Assembly (NCBI RefSeq): GCF_006345805.1
Contig: NC_042997.1
Span: forward strand, 41,850,001 to 41,914,000
DNA: 64,000 bases
DNA from: Octopus sinensis
Taxonomy: Eukaryota
Reading direction: 5' to 3'
Position numbers and translations under genes: made by a program
Part shown: positions 39,839-52,648 of the stretch, one piece after another
How positions within the stretch are numbered: the first letter of the stretch is position 1
Layout of the letters: each line of letters starts with the position of its first letter
Notes under the pieces: model-generated
The model's input: the letters and a program-made list of their open reading frames with translations, nothing else
Databases searched by the model: none
Told to the model about the DNA's origin: nothing

Positions 39839-40414
39839 CACATACATACATACATACATATAATATTTTATGATATGCCCCCTCTCCAGTATTATTCTGT
39901 TATTATTCCTGCTAACTTCAAACCCTTTTATAATTCAGCATCTGATCATTGTAATCAGGTTCTCAACCAACCTGTTTTACACACCTATAGTATTCGTATC
40001 CCCAGTTGTTAACATCTGTTCTCATATCACAACCTCTCCCATATGCAATCATATAAACATACAAAGCACTTCTGCAAATCTTTTAACGCACTGACATGCA
40101 TGCATACAAGAACACCTTTAATATCTTCACTTAATACTAGTACCATACTGCGGGTACTAAATCTGAGTGGGAACTCAAACATTTTACCCAAGGTAATCTA
40201 GTACATCACTTTGGAAAATACATGCCATATGTTTGGATGACATCAAACCAGGTTTATAATTAGTAATGAAAATGTGAAATAGAAATAGTGGGGAAGTATA
40301 TATTAGTACTGTACCTCAAACATATATATGTGCATATCCCTGTTTATACAACTATAAGGAAAAAGTACTCAGTATGCAAAATAAGGTTAATTACAATAAT
40401 GGTGTAAAATTTTA

Positions 40415-40610
40415 GCACAAGGCCTGCAATTTTAGAAGGAAGGATTAAGTCAAATACACTCCAGTGCTCAATTGGTATCTTATTTTATTGACCCTGTAAG
40501 GATGAAAGACAAGGTTGATCCCAATAGGATTTGAGCTCAGAATGTAAAATGCCAGAAGAAATGCTGCTAATTATTTTTACAACATAATAACAAGTCTGTC
40601 AGCTCATTGC
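40415..40610 (-). mobile_element. SINE family B, decayed
   Basis: Same modules on the minus strand. Confidence 0.75.
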
Positions 40611-41805
40611 CTTAAGATTCATTGTCATTTAATATCCACTTTTCCATGCTTGCATGGGTCAGATGGAATTTACTGAGGCAAATTTTCTACTGCCAAATGC
40701 CCTTCATGTTATCAACCCTTGTTTCCATGACAAGCGTACACACACACACCTGATGGGCTTCTTTCAGTTTCCATCTACCAAATTCACTCATAAGGCTATG
40801 GTTGACTTGGTGCTATAATAGAAGATACTTACTCAAGGTGCAGTAAGTAGATTTGGTTGATGGAAACTGAAAGAAGTCCATCGTGTGTGTATGTGTGTGT
40901 GTGTGTTCCTTGTTTTGACATCACATGATAATTGTGAATGTATGTGGTTGTCATACACCATACAGGCAATGTCATTCATTTCTAATATTCTGCAGAAACA
41001 TGTCTGACTATGAGGAAAATATTGCTTACTTGGAAACAGATGAGGTTTGGTAACAGGAAGGGCACCCAGCTGTAGAAAATCTGCTTCGGTAAGCTCCCCC
41101 ATCCAACCCATGCAAGCATGAAAAAATTCACATTATGATGATATATTACATTGATTGACAAAACAATGAAGGTATCTGTGAATGCTGCAACAATTAACAG
41201 CCAAACCTCCTTAAAATTACGAGAGAGAGAGAGAGATTAGATGATGTATTCCTAGGTAAACTTTGTCAAAACGAAAATAAATAACAAAATGACTTATCAC
41301 TGAAATGTCTTTGAGTATAAGTCTGCTCAAACAGAGCTGATGTGGAGTGAAACAATAATAATAAGCAGTCAGATTTATTGACAAAATACATCATTTATAT
41401 GGAGGGAAATCATTCAATGGTTGTCAACATAAGTTGGCATTCTTGAAAGATTTACACCCATAATAAAATCTATTACCTACACTTTAATAAAGCAATATTT
41501 TGAGTCAATGAGAGAAACCGCATGTTGTCACACAACTTGTAGGAAATAGTTATTTTGCAACAAATTACACCCGAGTAAAAAAAAACCCCAGGATGATTAT
41601 GATTGGAATACCATAGATCATATATCAGCTACATCAAAAGTAACCACGGGTTAAACAGCAGTGCCAAAATATTTCACATAAGTCTATCAAACTTATTCCT
41701 TCTTATAGTTCTGATAATAAAACAAAGTAACTGCACTGCTTGCAATAAAAAGTAAAATTACAATATTTGATTATTAAATAAACAGTCAATCAATTTTTAA
41801 ATCCC

Positions 41806-41845
<40 letters not shown>

Positions 41846-41974
41846 TTGGTTTTGTTCCTCCTCATATTGTAATAGTTACAAGTTCACTCAGCATGAGGGT
41901 GGGGCTCACGTATCTGGGGTGGTGTTTTTTCAATACTCCCTCCACCACATACACAGTTATGGGCTGTATTAAAA

Positions 41975-42100
41975 TAGTGGCTGTGTGGTTAAGAAGGTTG
42001 CGGTTTCGGGTTCAGTTCCATGAAGCATCTTGAGCAAGTGTCTTTTACTATAGCCTTGTGAGTGAATTTGGTAGATGAAAGCTGTGTGGAACCCACTGCA

Positions 42101-42133
<33 letters not shown>

Positions 42134-42315
42134 GGATCACCACTTGACAATGGTAATTGTTTACATCTCTGTAACTTAGCAGTTCAGTAAAAGAGGCTGA
42201 TGGAATAAGTACCATTCTTCAAAAAATAAGTACTGGTGTCAACATGTTTGACTAAACCCTTCAATGTGGTGCTCCAGTATGGCCAAAGTCCAGTGACTGA
42301 AGCAAGTAAAAGATG
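41975..42315 (+). mobile_element. SINE family A, older divergent copy
   Basis: Head, (TG)n and tail recognisable. Confidence 0.75.
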
Positions 42316-42626
42316 ATCCTGATAAAGAACCCTTCACTCATCAACACAATTCAATAATTTACCTATCTTCAAAACAGCAGATAAAAGCAAGTTCTTTCGC
42401 TATTCTGCTGCTATTACAATAGTTGGTGATCTTTCAGAGAAGGTCTATCAAAATTGAAAGTGTTTGGCAATTTCTGTAGAAAATTTTAATTCCTTTAATT
42501 TTTTTTCAGCTGAATTGCTTATGTTTATGTATTTTTTGTGCACATTTGTATATTTATGTATGGTTGTGTTATACATACATACTCAAATACACACACATAC
42601 ACAAATACAAATACACACACACACAT

Positions 42627-43044
42627 ACTCTTTACTCTCTTTTTACTCTTTTACTTGTTTCAGTCATTTGACTGCAGCCATGCTGGAGCACCGCCTTTAA
42701 TCGAACAACTCGACGCCGGGACTTATTCTTTTGTTAGCCCAGTACTTATTCTATCGGTCTCTTTTGCCGAACTGCAAGTAATGGGGACATAAAAACACCA
42801 GCATCAGTTGTCAAGCAATGCTAGGGGGACAAACACAGACACACAAACACACACACATACATATATATATATACACATATACGACGGGCTTCTTTCAGTT
42901 TCCGCCTACCAAATCCACTCACAAGGCTTTGGTCGGCCCGAAACTATAGTAGAAGACACTTGCCCAAGGTGCCACGCAGTGGGACTGAACCCGGAACCAT
43001 GTGGTTGGTAAACAAGCTACTTACCACACAGCCACTCCTGCGCC
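42627..43044 (-). mobile_element. SINE family A, full length
   Basis: Same head, core and tail. Confidence 0.9.
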
Positions 43045-44136
43045 TAAATATATATATATATATATACACACATACACACACAAAAAGAAAATACATAAAG
43101 ATAAGTGATCCTTCTGAAAAAAAAAATTTAAGAAATAAAAATTATTTTATGAAAATTGCAGAACAAATACTTTCAGTCATGATAGACTTTCTCTGAAAGA
43201 TTGCCCAATAATTTATGCTCGTCTAAACATTTTGATTCTACACTTTCAAAAAAAATACATCACTCACTTCTTCCCCTTATTCTGTCTTCATCCAAAACCC
43301 TGCACTTGGTGTTTTGCCCAATTCTTCCTGTCTAGAACTTGCAGTCTTCAAGGGAAATATCTTCCCCATTTATACTCCAGCCTCAATTATTGAGCTTCTG
43401 TCAGCACCAACCTTAAATGGGATTAATTTTAACTGTTACCTATTTCACCAATGAAGCAAGGCCTAGAAAGGTTATGAGGACAATCTTTTAACTTCAATCT
43501 AAGATGTAAAAATAATACTCCTGATTTATATTTACAAAATCCCTTTATTATTGTAGTTTGTAATGACACCTGTCACTAAAACAACATTCAAGGCTGTGTT
43601 GTTTATCCACAACCTTTGCAGAACTTACTTATAGTTTTATATTTTCACTGTGTTATGGAAAGCAGGTCATCTCTCAATAAACTTCGCCCACAATAGTCTT
43701 TCAAGTTTTTCAGAGATGTTTACCAGTAATACAAAGTATTGCATTTGAAATGGAATTTAGGACATTTGCGTTTTAAATGACTTACTAAAAATCAACCGTA
43801 GCTTTGTACACATCAGTTTATATTTTGTGCCCTGCCCTGTTTTGATTATCTGGCAAACTAGTTTTGCTTGATCAATAGCTACAACATACACTTATTCGTC
43901 AAATATATCTTTCCTGTGTTGTATGTCTAAGATTTTGTCACCTGTAGCTCCCCAGCCTTATTTAAACCCAAATTTCTTAGTCTATTTCAATACTATTAAG
44001 CAATTATTTAAACATGTACTACTCAGTAGGTTTCCTTATTCCTTAATTATAATCTTCTGACTCAATACATAATGTTACAATCTTCAAAACATCTGACAGT
44101 CAAGTATTTCAATAAGGATGGCCTTCTTCATGGCAT

Positions 44137-44529
44137 ACTCTTTCTCTCTTTTACTTGTTTCAGTCATTTGACTGCGGCCATGCTGGAGCACCACCTTTAG
44201 TCGAGCAAATCGACCCCGGGACTTATTCTTTGTAAGCCCAGTACTTATTCTATCGGTATCTTTTGCCGAACCGCTAAGTGATGGGGACGTAAACACACCA
44301 GCATCGGTTGTCAAGCAATGCTAGGGGGACAAACACAGACACACACATATATATATACATATATACGACGGGCTTCTTTTCAGTTTCCGTCTACCAAATC
44401 CACTCACAAGGCATTGGTCGGCCCGAGGCTATAGTAGAAGACACTTGCCCAAGATGCCACGCAGTGGGACTGAACCTGGAACCATGTGGTTGGTTAGCAA
44501 GCTACTTACCACACAGCCACTCCTGCGCC
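44137..44529 (-). mobile_element. SINE family A, full length
   Basis: Same head, core and tail. Confidence 0.9.
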
Positions 44530-44557
44530 TGCATGTGTACAGAGCATTCTTCTTTAA

Positions 44558-44778
44558 CCCTTTAGCGTTTGCATTATTCTACCAAAATTAATCCTTTTTC
44601 ATCCACATTGTTTTGAACTAATCATGCATTATTTTGTAGCTACGAGATTTTGATGAAGTAGCTATTAATTTTTAAAACGATATTGTAGGGTTGGTGTGAG
44701 AGACCAGATCTGGCCAGTTTGAACATAAAACAGGCAGAAAACTTTTGGCCGGACATGGCCGGTTTAAATGCTAAAGGG
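44558..44778. mobile_element. piggyBac-type MITE, well preserved
   Basis: TTAA|CCCTTTAGC ... GCTAAAGGG|TTAA. Confidence 0.88.
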
Positions 44779-46829
44779 TTAATGAATAGAAACCTAAACT
44801 ATAAAGAACATCAAAATCACCCTGATGGTATGTATACCAGGCTTCCCATGAAGGCTCAAAATATCACATGACATGGGCACAAGACCAAATAAAAGATATA
44901 TGAACACCATTTCACCCATCTCTACTATTACTATTCTTGCTCAAAACAGAGCAGGCTTTAGTGGGCATTCCTATCATTCTGAACACCAGGCCATATCACA
45001 TTATATTTCAGAGACTTCCATACCCTCTTAGAGAAGACCACTCAGACACCATGATATAATTGCTGAGATACACAACTTAAAATTAAGGACCTACCAAGGC
45101 TAATTGGGGACAGAGATTCCTGGTGCATTTGGGTGAAATGCATCTCTGTTGCAGCTACTAAAAATGACAAATTTCTTTTTAAAACAAAAGCAAGAGTTAG
45201 GTATTCATGTCAGAAAAGAAATTCCTTGCTTCATCAATTATGAAATAAAAAAAAAAGACAGAGAAAGCAAAATACATGTTGGGATTTGGTGAGATTATAA
45301 TTATTAGGAATATGGTATTGAAGTTGGAAGACAGGAAGAGATTACTCATTTTAAAATAGACATATGATTTGAATTAAATTGGAATTTTATGTCCTTTATT
45401 CTTACAGTTTCATATTTCATGAATTTGATTTATTAACCACATTTAAAAAAAAAATAATAATAAATCATCCCTCAAAGGAGAGAGAAAAGCAGAAACCAAA
45501 ACAAACAGAAAAATGTATTTCAAACTAAGACTTGATTAATCTTACAAATCATCCTTAATCAGGGCCTTAGAAAATTATCTTATTCAGGCTGTGTGTAGTC
45601 TATCTTTCAAGAACAATATTTTTCCTTCAAATAATTCCATATGACAGAACTTTGCAGACAAATAACAAATTTTAGGTTAAGTAGCATGTTATGAAATACG
45701 ACAGAACAGGAATTCAGAATCGGGTTTTACAGAATATTTAAATATTTCAAAGAAATATTTTGTGAAAATTAATGTAATTGATCCTCTGATAAAACAAGGA
45801 AGGATTTGAGGTTTAAATGTTTGGCTTGTATATCAATTGAAATGCAGAGCATGACATCCTGAAACTGAACTCAAAACATTGCAGTATCAATGAACAGATT
45901 CACATCATCACAATAATGGAAGAATGAAGTAATTTCTAAATAAGCATGTCATATGTTTACACACACACACACATCCACATATTTTGGGGTATGTGACTTA
46001 TGTCCATTATAAGTGTGTGGATGTTATGTAATGAATACATTTTAGTGGTCTAATGGTGCCAACCTTAAACATACACAGTTTTTAACTTTCGAAAGAAAAA
46101 GTTGGGTGTTTGCTGGTGACTTTATTTAATTTGTTTGTTTAATTTATGCTGTTTTGTTCCCCTCCTTGATTTTGTATAGTTGAAAAAGTAGGACAGTTGC
46201 TGAATATTACACATTCATTAAATCTTTAACTCACATATACGTAGGATGACCGAATCGTATTTTTTTCATCTCAGTATTATTCAACAAATGAAATGTAAAT
46301 CTGTTGTATTAACAGTGTTGTCAGAAATAAATTGACATTAGAAATGCTGATGATTGTTCTTTGCAGTTTAGTTCAAAGCTGGTCTGGTTCTCGACAAGAG
46401 ATTTCACAAATACCAAAATCCTAACTCTGTGAAACTCAAACTAAGACAGTACCACTCTCATTCTCTGGTTTTCTCTCTTAGACAAAGAACAAGGTCAAAA
46501 GTAGGATAGTAATTGAGAAGTGAAAGGGAAAATAAGTTGGGAAGAAATTCCTCCAGAAGGATGGAAGTCTTAGAGAGCAAGGATAAAACAAAATACTAAG
46601 TGTAAGGTTTGGATAAACCCAGTTTCAACTCATTAGTAGGTTTCTACTTTGCCACTGTCTCCTTAACTCTTTCTTCCTTTTAAACTTGCTGTAAACAAAG
46701 TAAAGATAGCAAATGAGTAGAACAAGTGATTAATTTAGGAGCTAATAAATACTTATTTTCATTTTATATGATGCATTTGTGAAGAACATTATCATAGGTT
46801 ATGGGTTGCCACTGGTAAGAGTAACAAGA

Positions 46830-48140
46830 GGGTAATTGTGTAGTTCAAGTTAAGTAGAAACTGAGTTGCAAGTTGAAGGTGTGGTACAACTTGAAGGGTG
46901 GGGGCTACTTGGAGTTGAAGGACAGGGGCTATGGTTAACTTTGGAACCAAACTGAGGTCTCTTTCACCATGACAGGAACTTTGACTCATAGTGTTATTAG
47001 AAAAGAAGACTCCAGGACCTATATTGTTTATTGCTATCCTTTTCTTTCCTTTCTAGCTACTTGGGGTCAGAAGGGTCTCACATGGTGTTTGCTGCCACAT
47101 GTGTAACAGCTAGGTATTTTACCGTGAACTGTTAGTCTCATGTCCTATGATTCTACACTTACAATGGGACACAGTTTCAGAATGACTTTATGGTCTTAAG
47201 GGATCATAATGACTCGCTATTTCATGTGGATTTCCTGAAATTATATATATTGTTCTTCATCACATCTACACTTATCAATGCTCATGATGCACGACAAAAA
47301 GCTTTAGTGTTGCTGTCAATGCCATCAACTGTCATTCTTTGTGTTGAGCTGATCCATACACTGGCAAGAAGAGACTGAGAGACACCCTCCCCACCCATAA
47401 GTCCCTCCAGTAAGTGTGTATCTTACTATGTTAGCTTGCTGTTCTACTTCATCCTCAATCTCCAAACCAAACATGTTTATCAGGGTGTCCTTTAATTCAT
47501 CCTCAGAAAGCATACTGTAAATCCTTGAGTATAGTCCACCCTTGAGTATAATATGCAGGGGAAAAACCTAAACCTTGTGTATAATACACACCCTTTCTCT
47601 AACTTGAGTCAAGGAGGTCTATATAATGTCCTTGGTTTGTAAAAATGTATACAGTAACGTCCTTTATTATTATTGTAAATATAACATAATGCAAACGTGT
47701 AGCTTTTTTGTGCATTTTGTTTGCAGAAAATAAAGAAATAACAGTAATAACATTTAATAAATGTTACTTACTGCAAGTTATGGATGATTCTTTTATGACT
47801 TCATTGCTTTCTGGCTTAGCTTAAGGTATTTTTGCCCCCGACATCACAAAATGTGTCTGAATAAAAACTGCTGGACAGTAAATAGAGACTCGAACATTGC
47901 TTAGAAAATATTTTTCATTTTTAACCTCATTATAGTACGCACTAGGGATTTTGACCGTTAAATTTTGGGAAAAAAATGCAGATTATACTCGAGGATTTAT
48001 GGTATAAAATATTAACCTTCTCTATGATGCAAAAGGATATCAGCTTTCTGTATGCCTGCTTTTGGATAAATTCTTTGGCCAAAGAGAGACAGTCCTTCAT
48101 GGCACACCCGTCACATACATTTCTATGACTGAACAATGTC
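46830..48140 (-). pseudogene. Decayed gag-like/ORF1 relic with a CCHC zinc knuckle, split by the 47515 MITE
   Basis: Minus-strand frame reads MRLTVHGKIPSCYTCGSKHHVRPF*P at about 47065-47140, followed by P/S/T-rich sequence and preceded by LSEDELKDTLINMFGLEIE. Confidence 0.6.
47515..48002. mobile_element. Tc2/pogo-like MITE, complete
   Basis: TA|CTGTAAATCCTTGAG ... CTCGAGGATTTATGG|TA; highly similar to 13769-14288. Confidence 0.85.
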
Positions 48141-48467
48141 TATATTTAGAATCTTTTGGTTGGCTTCAACAATTGCAAAGCTGAGTGTTGTTGACGTTGC
48201 ATTTGTTGTTATTGTTAAACAAATCACGAAAATCATTCTCCTATATGTCAAAAACCACCAAACATCATTGATTTGGTTTCAAAATGTTTTTGCTCTGATT
48301 CTAGTTTTTTTTTTTTACTTCTGTTTTTCATTTTTCTTTTCCCTGCAGTTGTCAAGCCTTTTGTTTGCTGACATTTTGTGGTGAATGTCAACCAACAAAA
48401 AAAGTATCAAAAATGCCCTTTTTTATTCTCTAAACTTAAGCAAAAAATTTAACAACAAACTGCTCAC

Positions 48468-48697
48468 CTTACTTTGAATGAATTGACACAGAAAAAGTAA
48501 GCTATTGTGGGAACAATCGCACAATAAAATCGCACAATAACGGCGGCCGAACTCGTGAGCGCTCGCCTCTGTTTTCGGCCTGCCGATTCCTCCTCTTCTC
48601 GTTTTTTTCCGATCGGCGGCGGCTGCTTCCCGAGCTTCCGCCGCTGCCGCGCTTTGTTTTTTTTTTTGCTCAGAAATGAGACTGCTGTGAAGTACAT
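48468..48697 (-). other. Candidate first/upstream exon of the SAM-domain gene (CpG-rich; 5'UTR or N-terminal extension)
   Basis: Local GC/CpG-rich island in AT-rich DNA, ending in tandem donors AAA|GTAAG and AAG|GTGAGC. The 77-codon ORF 48464-48697 joins the 870-996 exon in frame through the second donor. Confidence 0.5.
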
Positions 48698-48734
48698 CTT
48701 GTCATGGTAAAATCCAATCTTAATATTTCTAATA

Positions 48735-50155
48735 CAGGCATAAGGCCTGAAACTTATGGGAAGAGAACAGTCAATTACACTGATCTTAGTACTTGACTGG
48801 CACTTTATTAACCCCTGAAGGATGAAGGTAAAGCTAGCCTAAGTAGAATTTGAACTCAGAACATAATTAAACAGTTTCTAATGGCTTTACCAATAATAAT
48901 GATAATAATAAAAATAATAATTCGTTCTATTATAGGCACAAGGACTGACACTTTGGGGGGGCTGTGGTGGGGGTAGTTGATTACGTCAACCCCCAAAAGG
49001 ATGAAAAGCAATGTTGACCTCAGTGGAATTTGAACCCAGAACAACTTTACCTATAAAAATAATAGTTTCCAATTTAGGTACAAGGCCAGTGATTTTAAGG
49101 GAAGGGGACTAATTGATTACATTGAGCCCAGTACTTGACTGGTACCTATTTAATCAATCCTGAAAGGATGAAATGTAATGATAACCTTGGTGGAATTTGA
49201 ACACAGAATACAAAAGAGCCAGAAGAAATGTTACTAAGCATTTTGTCATGCTAAACAATTCTGCCAGCTCCATGTCTTAATAACAATAACGAAATTCTTT
49301 GAAATAGTAAAATTAACAAAATAGAAAAAATATATTAAAAAATCCTATTTAAAATTCTGCAGGATATTAAAGAAGCAAGCTTGAATACATTAATTATAGA
49401 GATAAAAACATAGAATGGATACCATATTTTTATTCTAACCAGATGTTGTTGACAAATATTATGTAGAAAAATTATTAATATTAGAAAAGAAAGAAACTCT
49501 TATAAATAAAACCACAGTTGTAAATTTACAAACCTATTTAATTTTGAATCAAGAGAACATATCCCAAGGATAAGCAAAACAAGGGGAAATATGAAGACTT
49601 AGGATGTTGACCGCAATCTGAGTAATGGAAACTGTTAAACTTAAATCTGTAAAAAAACTTGCAGACAACAAAGAAGTATTGCAATGTTTTGTTTTTTTTT
49701 GCTGTTAGTGATGGCTGTTGTTTTTTAACCTCCTGTTAATTGTGACTGAATAGATCCATGAGCAAATGTGGTCAAGTGAAGTTCCTGTTATATTTTTTTC
49801 AGACAGTATATCTCAGATTAACCCCTTAACATTTAATCCAGTCATATCCGGTCTGAATATTCTTATTTCTTTATTGTCCACACGAGGCTAAACATAGAGG
49901 AGACAGACAAGGACAGATAAAGGGATTAAGTCGATTACATTGACCCCAGTGCATAACTGGTACTTAATTTATCGACCCCGAAAGGATGAAAGGCAAAGTT
50001 GACCTCGTCGGAATTTGAACTCAGAACGTAGAGGACAAACAGATTAAGTCAATTATATCGACTCCAGTGCGTAACTGGTACTTATTTAATCGACCCCGAA
50101 AGGATGAAAGGCAAAGTCAACCTCAGCGGAATTTGAACTCAGAACATAGCAGCAG
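48735..50155 (-). mobile_element. Cluster of five co-oriented SINE family B units
   Basis: gaatttgaac(t/c/a)cagaa B-box segments near 48850, 49030, 49195, 50015 and 50135; the last two form a young head-to-tail dimer. Confidence 0.85.
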
Positions 50156-50270
50156 CGAGCTAACAACAACGTATCTTTCACACACCCTAAATCTTGAAGT
50201 TAGAAGATAATTCAAAACAATGTGAATAAATAGGGAACACATTTGCCAAAGAAGTATGAATTCTAAAGGG
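49822..50270. mobile_element. piggyBac-type MITE interrupted by a tandem SINE dimer
   Basis: ttaa|ccccttaac ... ctaaaggg|ttaa with a SINE insert at about 49870-50155. Confidence 0.75.
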
Positions 50271-50879
50271 TTAAATTATCCTGTACCTGTTTTTTTTTTG
50301 TTTTTTTTTGTTGTTTAGGACAGTAGAACTGACTTAATAATTTCTAGTGTTAATGGTTGTTTGTTTAGATGAGGAATGGGCAACCTTTTCCACACAGCAG
50401 GCTACATGAGACATGGTTCACCAGCAGGCAGGCGGCACTACTAAAAGAGTTCAAGGGAATTTTTTGTTAGGCATGCTCAGTTTGTCCAAGACTGGTTTAG
50501 ATCCATGTGTTTCCTAAATGAAGCAAACCTAGAATTAAAGGCATTCCAACCATAACCATGTCTTTTTTTTCTCCTTTTTCCCCTTTAGATTCATTCTTCA
50601 ATTATAAAATGTTAGGGAGTGATAAGAGAGTGATCTGACTGCTATTTCTAGCGGATCAGTTGACCATGGATACTGCATATCTAAAATAGTAGCCCCAATG
50701 TAGTAGGTTGATCTTCTGGATATAATAGCCAAATGTTTCTCAAAGGTCACACCTCATAGCTTGAAATGATAAGTATGCATTCATTAATGTAATTCCTAAT
50801 GTACAAAAAGACAGGATGGGCTAAATAACAGCATAAAATAGAAATATTTAAATTCAAGCGTATATTATTTATTACTGAG

Positions 50880-51290
50880 TAGGTGCAGACTTGTCTGTGT
50901 GGTTGAGATTTGCTTCCCAACGATGTAGCTTTGGGTTCAGTCCTACTGCATGGTACCTTGGGCAAGTGCCTTCTACAATAACCCCAAGTCAACCAAAGCT
51001 TTGTGAGTGGATTTAGCAGATGGAAAGTGAAAGAAGCACATCATATATGTATGAGAGTGTGTGCTCGTGTGAATGAATTTGTATTTCCCCTTGTATTCGG
51101 AGGGTGTTTCCATTTCTTGACATAAACAAACCCAGGCCAATTGTTGTTTGATAGACTGGAAGATTATTAATTCACTCGGAAACATGTGGCGACTGGTGTC
51201 AAAAAGCAAGTCTAGCCATAGAAAATCCTGCCACAATATATTCTCATCTAACCCATGCAAGCATGGCAAACTAGATGTGACAACGATGAT
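50880..51290 (+). mobile_element. SINE with A head and (GAT)n-type tail
   Basis: Same module order, more decayed. Confidence 0.65.
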
Positions 51291-51484
51291 TATTACTGGG
51301 AGAAAATAGACTGGCTAATTAACCCTTCAGTTTCCATTTTGTGGTCAACATCATCTTTATGTTGTTTTTCAATGCTGGCACAAGTTAAAAGGGTCACCAC
51401 TGCCTTATGTCCTCCTATATGGGGACCATGTCTTACTCATGTTCCATTCTTGCATGATTTCTATGGTTGGGTACCCTTCCTAAA

Positions 51485-51885
51485 ACCAACCACTTTACAG
51501 AGTGGACAGGATGCATTTTATCATGACACCAGCACTACAGAGGTTCTTATATTCTTTGCAAGAATAAAGTTACCTCTCTATCCTATGTGACTTAATTCAG
51601 TTACCAACCACTTTACAGTGTGTACTCAATGTATTTCATTATGGCACCTGTACTAAGAGAGGTTGTCATGTCCTTGGCAAGACCAAAGCCTCTTGTCTGT
51701 CCTATGTGTTTATTCACCAACCACGATACAGAATGTACTGGATGTATTTTATAATGGCACCTGCACTAGAGAGGTTGATGTGCCCTAGGCAAGACCAAAG
51801 CATCCTCTCAATCTAATGTGTCTCCATTCATTCCCTAACCACATTACAGAATGCACCGAATGCATTTTATTGTGGCAGCAGTGGT
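51485..51885. repeat. Tandem array of about 115-bp units derived from a SINE internal segment
   Basis: Units start with accaaccac/ctaaccac near 51485, 51603, 51716 and 51835; the first is continuous with a minus-strand family-C tail. Confidence 0.75.
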
Positions 51886-52648
51886 GGAGATGTCAATGAG
51901 AAAATATTGACAGGATGTACAAAATGCGATCTCAAGTAACAATTAACCATGAGAAAATAATGACTAATTTTAATAACCACAACAAAAGAAATTAACGGAT
52001 AATCATTGGTCAGATGTTAAAAACTAAAGATTTGGGAAAATACTATTCAATTCAGTTGTGTTGCTGAAAGTTCATTTTGTGTTCATATACTAAAATGTCA
52101 TTGTAATTGCTGTGAACATAGATTTTTTTCTGCTGTTGTTTAGATCTGCCCTGTATGATTTCAGGTATTCCAGCCACGACTAAATCATGTTTTTATAGAT
52201 TAAGATAGCAGGGAAGAGAACCGCATAAAACTACTTTGATGACTTATAGTGTTAGTGGTGGCTAATTTTAGTTAGTTAAAACAATAACATCCAGCTGGAT
52301 AACATACAAAGTCAAAAATATCAGATATATGGCCAATATAATATTTCTGGTGTTTTTCTATTTCTCAGAAAGGTTTGACAGATTTCAATTTTGGTAGGAT
52401 TTGAACTTAGAATTGTAAATTAACCAGAAGAATTAAGAAACGAAATGTGTCAAAATTAAGACATCAATGATAAACTTATCTTTTATAATATGAAATAGTC
52501 AAGTGAACAAAATATAGTATGTTTTTAAAGCTTGGTACTCTTTTGCTGAATTGCTAAGTTAAAGGAATGTAAACAAACCAACACCAGTTGTGTGGGGAAC
52601 AAGTACATATGCACAGTCCCTCTTCCAGATCAAACAAATAACAGCTGA

